In this document: positions 16,384 through 22,588 of the stretch, piece after piece
Numbering within the stretch: position 1 is the stretch's first letter
How the letters are laid out: each line of letters opens with the position of its first letter
Virus record (IMG/VR): IMGVR_UViG_2660238316_000001
Coordinates: 62,001 to 84,588 of that record
Source: an uncultured virus (IMG/VR IMGVR_UViG_2660238316_000001)
Lineage: Duplodnaviria; Heunggongvirae; Uroviricota; Caudoviricetes
Length of the DNA stretch: 22,588 bases
Reading direction: 5' to 3' (one strand)
Translations under genes and position numbers: made by a program
Notes under the pieces: generated by a model
The model's database searches: none
What the model was told of the DNA's origin: nothing
Seen by the model: the letters and a program-made list of their open reading frames with translations, nothing else

Positions 16384-17229
16384 ATGACCACCCAAGCAGT
16401 AACAACCAGTAATCTCCCGCCCGCCGTGGTTGGGTTGAATATTGACGAACCAACGTGGAACGCGCTGAAAAACAGTATTTACCCTGGCGCTAAAGATGAT
16501 TCAGTCATCATGGCGGTGAGTTATTGCCGCGCCCGCCAGTTAGATCCACTGATGAAACCCGTTCATTTAGTTCCTATGAGCGTGAAAGATGCGGTAAGTG
16601 GTAAATATGAAATGCGTGATGTGGTGATGCCCGGTGTTGGGCTCTATCGCATACAGGCAGACCGCTCTGGTAACTATGCCGGTGCACAGGAACCCGAATT
16701 TGGCCCTGACCTCACACAAGTTTTTAACGGAGTAGAAATTACTTTCCCTCAGTGGTGCAAATACACCCTGAGCAAACTGATGCCTAACGGCACTATTGTG
16801 GAGTTCAGTGCGAAGGAATATTGGCTGGAGAACTATGCGACCGCTGGCCGCGATACCCAAGCACCCAATGCCATGTGGAAAAAGCGGCCTTATGGGCAAT
16901 TAGCCAAGTGCGCCGAAGCGCAGGCACTGCGTAAAGGGTGGCCGGAAATTGGTCAGCAGCCAACAGCAGAAGAAATGGAAGGTAAAAGTCTTGATGTGAA
17001 TGAAGGTAAAGAACACAGCCAAGGCAGCCAGCAACCAAGCCAGCCGCAGGCACTACCAGAATATAGCGCGGAACAATTTCAACGCGCACTTGCTGACTGG
17101 ACAACGCTGATCAACAAGGGCAAGAAAACTGCCGCGCAAATCATCAACACCATCGAAAGTAAATACACCCTCACCTCGGCACAAATCAAAACTATCGAAT
17201 ATCTGGAGGCAGAAGATGCAAATCATTAA
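16384..17229 (+). CDS. bet: Phage single-strand annealing recombinase Bet (RecT family)
   Basis: YCRARQLDPLMKPVHLVP, GLYRIQADRSG, MWKKRPYGQLAKCAEAQALRKGWP. Confidence 0.93.
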   Translation: MTTQAVTTSNLPPAVVGLNIDEPTWNALKNSIYPGAKDDSVIMAVSYCRARQLDPLMKPVHLVPMSVKDAVSGKYEMRDVVMPGVGLYRIQADRSGNYAGAQEPEFGPDLTQVFNGVEITFPQWCKYTLSKLMPNGTIVEFSAKEYWLENYATAGRDTQAPNAMWKKRPYGQLAKCAEAQALRKGWPEIGQQPTAEEMEGKSLDVNEGKEHSQGSQQPSQPQALPEYSAEQFQRALADWTTLINKGKKTAAQIINTIESKYTLTSAQIKTIEYLEAEDANH

Positions 17230-18820
17230 TGTCCAGCAAGGCACGCCAGAATGGCACGCCTTACGCAGTCGCCATTTCACTGCCAGCGAAGCCCCGGTAA
17301 TGATGGCAGCCTCCAGTAAAATGCGCCGCGATGAATTGCTGAACATGAAGGCCACCGGCTCGGAACGGGAAATCAGCGATTGGGTACAAACCAACTTGTT
17401 CGATAAAGGCCACGCGCAAGAAGCCACCGCGCGGGTCATCGTAGAATCTATGATCGGTACCGAATTATTCCCTGCAACCGCCATCGATGATGATGGCTAT
17501 TTGTTGGCTTCCTTTGATGGCATGACCATGATGGAAGATGTGTTGTTTGAACACAAAATGTGGAATGCCACACTGGCGCTGGCGGTGAAAAATAAAGACT
17601 TGCCGCCAGAGTATTACTGGCAGTTAGAACAGCAACTTTTAGTGAGTGAGTCCGAAAAGGTCATTTTTGTGGTATCAGATGGCACTGAGGATAACTTTGT
17701 GTGGATGGAGTATTTACCGGTACCTGGTCGCCGTGAAGCTTTGATGGCGGGTTGGCAGCAATTTGAACAGGATTTGAACGGTTACACAGCCCCTGAGATA
17801 AAAGACATACCGCAAGGTAAAGCCTTAATGCGCCTCCCTGCCCTATTGGTGGAGATAGAGGGCGCGGTAAAAGAATCAAACCTGACTGTTTACCAGAATC
17901 AAGCGTTGGCTTTTATTCAATCCATCAACACTAATCTGGTGACCGATCAGGACTTCGCTGACGCAGAAGAAACCGTTAAGTTCTGTGAAAAAGCAGAGAA
18001 AGAGCTGGATCTGATTAAACAACAGGCACTGTCTAAGACTGAGCAGATTGATCTACTTTTCCGCACCATTGATACCTTGCGCGATGAAATGCGAAACAAA
18101 CGGCTAGACCTGTCAAAACTCGTTAAGTTGCGCAAAGAAGCTATTCGCCTTGAAATACTGAATAAGGTAAAAGCCGCTCTTGCTGAGCACATTGCCAGTA
18201 TCAATAAACAGTTGGCTATTGTCACTCTACCTACTATCCCGGCTGATTTTGCCACTGCTATCAAAGGCAAGAAAACCCTCACCTCTTTGCAGAGTGCAGC
18301 CAACGATGAACTGGCACGCGCCAAGATAGCTGCTAACCAATTAGGTGAGAAATATCAGTCCAACTTAGTGCTATTTGCTGATATTGAACCGGCTTATAAA
18401 AATCTGTTCGCTGACATCAACCAGATAATTGCCCTTGAGCACGAACATCTGGCGCTGATGATTGATCAACGCATTACCAGGCAAAAACAGATTGAGGAAC
18501 AGCACAGACAGCAGGAAGCATTGCGGCTTGATGAATTGAAAAAACAACAACAGGCAGTGCCAGTGTCCACTACAGAAACAGTCACCGCAAGTACGGATGC
18601 AACAGTCCATCAGTCGTTACACCCTGCGGGATCGGTTAACTTCCCTAAACAACTGGGCGGATCGGTAAATACGCCACTAACAGACAAGCCAGCTAATTGG
18701 ATTGCCCAAATTGATGCTGATTTAGTGGCGGCAGGAATTGAGCTTACTACTGAAACAGTTAACCGCCTGTACAACGCGGTAAAAGCTGGCCGGATCCGCT
18801 ATTTCTCTATCACGCAGTAA
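17216..18820 (+). CDS. YqaJ/lambda-exonuclease family protein with long helical C-terminal extension
   Basis: QGTPEWHALR...FTASE...LLASFDG...FEHK...YYWQLEQQL; overlaps the end of bet. Confidence 0.9.
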   Translation: MQIINVQQGTPEWHALRSRHFTASEAPVMMAASSKMRRDELLNMKATGSEREISDWVQTNLFDKGHAQEATARVIVESMIGTELFPATAIDDDGYLLASFDGMTMMEDVLFEHKMWNATLALAVKNKDLPPEYYWQLEQQLLVSESEKVIFVVSDGTEDNFVWMEYLPVPGRREALMAGWQQFEQDLNGYTAPEIKDIPQGKALMRLPALLVEIEGAVKESNLTVYQNQALAFIQSINTNLVTDQDFADAEETVKFCEKAEKELDLIKQQALSKTEQIDLLFRTIDTLRDEMRNKRLDLSKLVKLRKEAIRLEILNKVKAALAEHIASINKQLAIVTLPTIPADFATAIKGKKTLTSLQSAANDELARAKIAANQLGEKYQSNLVLFADIEPAYKNLFADINQIIALEHEHLALMIDQRITRQKQIEEQHRQQEALRLDELKKQQQAVPVSTTETVTASTDATVHQSLHPAGSVNFPKQLGGSVNTPLTDKPANWIAQIDADLVAAGIELTTETVNRLYNAVKAGRIRYFSITQ

Positions 18821-18864
18821 CCTTTCATAACCTGCCACGGCAGGCATTCCACAGGTAACCCATC

Positions 18865-20004
18865 ATGACCACACAGGCCACAACTGCCAGTGTGCTGGAG
18901 TCATCTCTGCGTCCAGTTCGGGCGCAGTTAGACCTTGCCATTGAGCAGACTACCGGCACCGCACAGCGCTCTATAGAGAGCGCGACTGTTTTACTCAACC
19001 AAGCACAGTCCCTATGTATTGAACAACTCAACATCGAGACTGACGAGTACAACCTTTTATTCGACCGTTTAGAAAAAACTGAAAACGACCTAACCACGAA
19101 ATCCTTGGCGTTAACACAAGTGCCGGAACGCATAGAAAATGCAGACCTGTTAGTCGCTGAAGCCAATGCGCAGCGAGACAGTATTTCAGCCAAATACAAT
19201 CTTTCACTTTCAGACCAACGCGTGTTGGCTACTGAGGTGAATCGGTTGAAGTCACTGAATCCTGAAAAAATGAAAATCCAGATCGTTCGCCTCAAAGATG
19301 ATTTGGAGAGCAAGCGTACGTTGTTAAACCAGCAACTAACAGAGATCCGGCGATACAAAAAAGAGGTGGCAGAAAAAACCAGCAAACTGGCTGTCATGGT
19401 CAATGTTAATGACCAATTGAATAATGCCGTTTCTGACCTCACCAACCGGATCCAGCGTATGGATGGTGACGTCGAGCCAACCTACTATCGTGGCAATGAT
19501 GGCACTGAATTTTACTTTTATACCTTCCAGTGGGGGCTGAAACTACGCTCAGGTGATTACGATATGCAGCTCATTAACGATATTGACTGGCATATTGAAA
19601 TTCGCTCCACCAGCGGCATTGGCCTGATCGTCTCGGTCAATGAGTGGGCATTACCCGTCTATCCCATGGTTGATGATTTCAAACAGAACTGGCCGGATGG
19701 CCTGACCCCAGCGGTTACCCAGCGTATTCGAGATCTGCTTGAGCCTACTCACCCACACTTAGTTAAGCGGGCTGAGTGGGCAGGAACCGTGCTGACCGAA
19801 ACCCTACCGTTGAAAGAGCAGCATTTAGAGCTGCTGGCCCGCTCTGGGATCCATTCGTTATTTGATGTTGTCCGTCGAACCCCGGATATGTTGGCTAATG
19901 CCGTCAAAGGCTTTGGGATCGCCAGCGCCCGCCAGGTACATGCTCAATGCACCCGAATCGTAAAAGAGTGGGAATTAGAGCAGAAACAGAAGGAAGCCGC
20001 ATGA
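18865..20004 (+). CDS. Coiled-coil protein with a C-terminal helix-hairpin-helix (RNA polymerase alpha-CTD-like) domain
   Basis: About 200 aa of heptad-like sequence; C-terminal LARSGIHSLFDVVRRTPDMLANAVKGFGIASARQV. Confidence 0.75.
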   Translation: MTTQATTASVLESSLRPVRAQLDLAIEQTTGTAQRSIESATVLLNQAQSLCIEQLNIETDEYNLLFDRLEKTENDLTTKSLALTQVPERIENADLLVAEANAQRDSISAKYNLSLSDQRVLATEVNRLKSLNPEKMKIQIVRLKDDLESKRTLLNQQLTEIRRYKKEVAEKTSKLAVMVNVNDQLNNAVSDLTNRIQRMDGDVEPTYYRGNDGTEFYFYTFQWGLKLRSGDYDMQLINDIDWHIEIRSTSGIGLIVSVNEWALPVYPMVDDFKQNWPDGLTPAVTQRIRDLLEPTHPHLVKRAEWAGTVLTETLPLKEQHLELLARSGIHSLFDVVRRTPDMLANAVKGFGIASARQVHAQCTRIVKEWELEQKQKEAA

Positions 20005-20429
20005 TGGATGAGGAACTGAACCAGAGTACCGGCAACTACTTTAAAGAAGATGACCGGGGGGACTATACCGCTCGTATCATCTGGCTAATGCGCTGTCGCG
20101 CAGAGATCCGCAGTGGTAATCCCTATCGACCGATGCCAAAACCAATTTATCCCGGTAATGAGCAATGGCGTGGCTTATCTCAGGTGAATACGGTCGATAT
20201 CGGTATTCGTAAGCGCTACTCATTGGAAGTTTTGCTGGCTATCTATCAGTTTTACCGCGCTGGCCACAATGAAAATTTGATTGCCAGCAGTACCGGTATC
20301 CCGGTGACCACTATCCGCAAAATGTTGGAACATAAAACTCAGAATCAGCGCAAAGCATGGCAATTGGCCTACCAGCTTCGCATTCCCTCCAAAAGAGACA
20401 TTATCAACCGGTTAATTCGGGAGGTTTAA
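20001..20429 (+). CDS. Hypothetical protein with C-terminal HTH
   Basis: ATGA overlap with the upstream stop; GHNENLIASSTGIPVTTIRKML HTH-like segment. Confidence 0.75.
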   Translation: MMDEELNQSTGNYFKEDDRGDYTARIIWLMRCRAEIRSGNPYRPMPKPIYPGNEQWRGLSQVNTVDIGIRKRYSLEVLLAIYQFYRAGHNENLIASSTGIPVTTIRKMLEHKTQNQRKAWQLAYQLRIPSKRDIINRLIREV

Positions 20430-20549
20430 CCATATCCGACCGTAGCATTCGATAGCAGTATCACTAAAACATAGCCCCTTACCACTCTAGACCAAACGAC
20501 CATAATAGGGCGTAACATCTTTGCGCCCTTTCCTACTGAGGAAAGACCA

Positions 20550-20819
20550 ATGACCAAACTACTGACATTAGAAGAATGGGCGGAAGAAACCTACCGCAGC
20601 AAGCAACCAACCCCCCAGACACTCCAGCGCTGGGCGCGAGGCGGCAATATTTACCCGGCACCTGAAAAACATGGGCGCGAGTATCGTGTACAGCCAGGCG
20701 CGATTTATATTCAGCCTAAAAGTTATCGGCTGGCAAAAGAAATACTTAAAACATCCCCCAGTACAAGTTCATCGTTAATAGAGAGAATTATTCATGGCAA
20801 AGAGGCCAAAAAAGTATGA
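20550..20819 (+). CDS. xis: Excisionase
   Basis: LLTLEEWA...PTPQTLQRWARGGNIYPAPEKHGREYRV, a lambda Xis-like winged helix; overlaps the int start. Confidence 0.92.
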   Translation: MTKLLTLEEWAEETYRSKQPTPQTLQRWARGGNIYPAPEKHGREYRVQPGAIYIQPKSYRLAKEILKTSPSTSSSLIERIIHGKEAKKV

Positions 20820-21903
20820 TGCCAATTTGCCAAGAAATCTGACATATCGGCGTAGAGAGAAATCATTTTGCTGGCGCAACCCAATAACTGGTTCTGAAAT
20901 ATCCTTAGGGCAAATTGCCCGGAGGGATGCCATATCTCAGGCTATTCAGGCTAACAACTATATTGAATCAACCTTTCAACCTGTAGCCCTACTTGAACGA
21001 TTGCAAGCCCCTGCCCCAACTCCTGCGGCTAAAGCCGAAGTTAATACCGTAGCGAGTTGGCTAAAGCGCTATTCAGAACTATTAAAGCGTCGCGAGCTGG
21101 CTGAGAACACCATGAAAATGAGAGTCCTGCAAATCGGATATATTAACCAAGAATTTGGCGAGAGACCGATCGAGACCGTTACCACTAGGCATATTGCTGA
21201 TTTTATTAATGCCTATGTCGATAATGGTAAAAGTTCGATGGCGGTAAATCTACGTTCTGTTTTGTCTGATGTCTTTCGAGAAGCAATAGCTGATGGTTTA
21301 ATTAGCACCAACCCTGTGGAAGCAACACGCACACCGTCACCAAAAGTTAAGCGGGAACGGCTCGACTATGCTGCCTTTTGCAAGATTTATGAGGCTGCCG
21401 GCCAACAGCAGAACTGGGTTCAACTCAGCCTAGCATTGGCGCTAATTACCGGCCAACGCCGTGACGATGTGCGGCAATTAAAAAGAAGCGATGTGCATGA
21501 TGGCAAGCTTTGGATAGTCCAAAGTAAAACTAAAATGCAGATAGCTATATCACTATCACTTCGGTTGGAAATAATGAATACCTCCGTCGGTGACGTTGTA
21601 GAAAAGTGCCTGAATAACAATAAGAGCGAATATCTCATTTGCTCGTCCAGTAGAAAATCAGGCCGGGAGCCCGGTGCATTAAATGCGGACTCTCTCACCA
21701 AAGCATTTGTTAAAGCATTGAAAGCAACGGATCTGGTTTATGACATATCCCCTCCCAGCTTTCACGAGATCCGCAGCCTGGCATCGAGACTTTATGAAGC
21801 TGAGTACGGTAAGGAATTTGCACAGAAATTGCTCGGTCACAAATCGATGAAAATGACGAATGTATACCTGGATTCGCGTAAAAATGAGTGGGTAGAAATT
21901 TAG
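20794..21903 (+). CDS. int: Lambda-type tyrosine integrase
   Basis: N-terminal arm-binding domain; TGQRRDD (R), QSKT (K), FHEIRSL (HxxR), LLGH and VY catalytic residues. Confidence 0.97.
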   Translation: MAKRPKKYDANLPRNLTYRRREKSFCWRNPITGSEISLGQIARRDAISQAIQANNYIESTFQPVALLERLQAPAPTPAAKAEVNTVASWLKRYSELLKRRELAENTMKMRVLQIGYINQEFGERPIETVTTRHIADFINAYVDNGKSSMAVNLRSVLSDVFREAIADGLISTNPVEATRTPSPKVKRERLDYAAFCKIYEAAGQQQNWVQLSLALALITGQRRDDVRQLKRSDVHDGKLWIVQSKTKMQIAISLSLRLEIMNTSVGDVVEKCLNNNKSEYLICSSSRKSGREPGALNADSLTKAFVKALKATDLVYDISPPSFHEIRSLASRLYEAEYGKEFAQKLLGHKSMKMTNVYLDSRKNEWVEI

Positions 21904-21914
21904 GCCGAGTATAG

Positions 21915-21979
21915 GATTTCGGGGAAATTTCGGGGGATTTCGGGAGGGAGGAGAAAATATCAATAAAATCAATTAATTA
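21915..21979. promoter_or_regulatory. att arm: three tandem Int arm-type sites and an IHF site
   Basis: ATTTCGGG three times at 10-11 bp spacing (21915-21946); AATCAATTAATTA (21967-21979) fits the IHF consensus WATCAANNNNTTR. Confidence 0.75.
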
Positions 21980-22083
21980 AAAAAAGACCGAATACGATTC
22001 CTATATTCGGTCTAGGGAAATGGCTCTTGGGAGAGAGCCGTGCGCTAAAAGTTGGCATTAACGTAGGCTTGTTCAGCCATACT
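21979..22083 (-). ncRNA. sdsR: Host sRNA SdsR (RyeB); the opposite strand corresponds to RyeA/SraC
   Basis: Minus strand TTAATGCCAACTTTTAGCGCACGGCTCTCTCCCAAGAGCCATTTCCCTAGACCGAATA...TTCGGTCTTTTT matches enterobacterial SdsR; adjacent to yebY. Confidence 0.92.
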
Positions 22084-22088
22084 CTTTA

Positions 22089-22117
22089 AGAGTAGTCGAG
22101 GACATGTGTTTCGCCAA
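22089..22117 (-). promoter_or_regulatory. sdsR promoter, RpoS-type
   Basis: TTGGCG-N17-TACTCT with C at -13. Confidence 0.7.
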
Positions 22118-22246
22118 CTTAGCAACAGAAGTAATTAATAACGGTTGCAAACTAATTTAAATGATACAAATTAGCCTACCAGTTAAGAAAGGTAATTATC
22201 TGTTAAATAGAAAATAAAGGCCGTAGCGATGCTCAAGTTGTCGTGC

Positions 22247-22588
22247 TTACTTTTCGCATAAAGTCATCGCACGCTGTTGGAAAGGTAGCAAACTCATCTT
22301 TTGACCAGGGTTCTCGCTATCATCTAATAATAAAATATCTAGCGGTTTCGCAAGGACATGGCCTGCTTTCATTTGTTCAGATGCAACATCATTAAGTGGA
22401 TATTGCGCTAATGTGCTGGGATTTATCACAAACAAAGCTCCCCCTGAGCGGCATTCCAACATCACCTCTTCTCGGGTAAATGCCCATTGTTTGCCAAATT
22501 CAAACTTACTGACAGTCACTATTTTCCCAGCGGCAAAAGCATTCACGGATAACATCAGTAACGATAACGTCAGCACCAAACCTTTCAT
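22247..22588 (-). CDS. yebY: YebY family exported protein (host gene)
   Basis: Signal peptide; [23 protein letters not shown]...[15 protein letters not shown]; synteny with sdsR. Confidence 0.92.
   Translation of the reverse strand: MKGLVLTLSLLMLSVNAFAAGKIVTVSKFEFGKQWAFTREEVMLECRSGGALFVINPSTLAQYPLNDVASEQMKAGHVLAKPLDILLLDDSENPGQKMSLLPFQQRAMTLCEK

Larger units (their letters stand above)
1..22010. mobile_element. Lambdoid prophage (integration, recombination, immunity, replication, nin/Q and lysis modules); continues beyond the left edge
   Basis: Canonical lambdoid gene order int-xis-exo-bet-N-cI-cro-replication-nin-Q-holin-endolysin-Rz. Host sdsR and yebY follow directly after int. The right boundary is approximate. 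Confidence 0.96.

Noticed and set aside
18627..18670. Short repeat GGATCGGT(T/A)AA twice
   Set aside because: It encodes GSVN twice in a low-complexity linker; there is no sign of a DNA-level role.
2906..20552. The 13-mer repeats as a CRISPR array or IS ends
   Set aside because: They are dispersed over kilobases on both strands and tied to start codons; there are no regular spacers, cas genes or transposase.
21915..21950. G-rich repeats as KOPS sites or a G-quadruplex
   Set aside because: No exact GGGNAGGG; position and spacing fit integrase arm-type sites.
16079..21972. Minus-strand ORFs opposite the bet-int operon (e.g. 16079-16453, 17053-17484, 18825-19445, 21679-21972)
   Set aside because: Antisense shadows of recognisable genes, with no independent coding signal.

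Overview
Most of the window (1 to about 22,000) is the early-to-lysis half of a lambdoid prophage. It is integrated at the 3' end of the host sdsR (ryeB) sRNA gene beside yebY, in an enterobacterium that looks like Yersinia or a relative (inference). Reading from the right end: att arm, integrase, excisionase, an accessory/recombination operon (Bet, YqaJ-type exonuclease), an N-like antiterminator with nutL boxA, pL/oL, cI and cro with oR, replication genes, an RdgC-FtsK-gamma fusion, two DNA methyltransferase genes (one a C5 plus MT-A70 fusion), nin-like genes, a TIR-like moron, a Q-like gene, pR', holin, SAR endolysin and Rz/Rz1. The most striking unexplained signal is a 13-nt translation-start motif, GGACTGACCAATG. 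It occurs exactly at five gene starts and in variant form at bet and xis. Two intergenic minus-strand segments, each ending in a terminator, carry the antisense of this motif. Together they suggest a phage-encoded small-RNA system that controls translation of several lytic genes; this is a hypothesis, not a demonstrated function.
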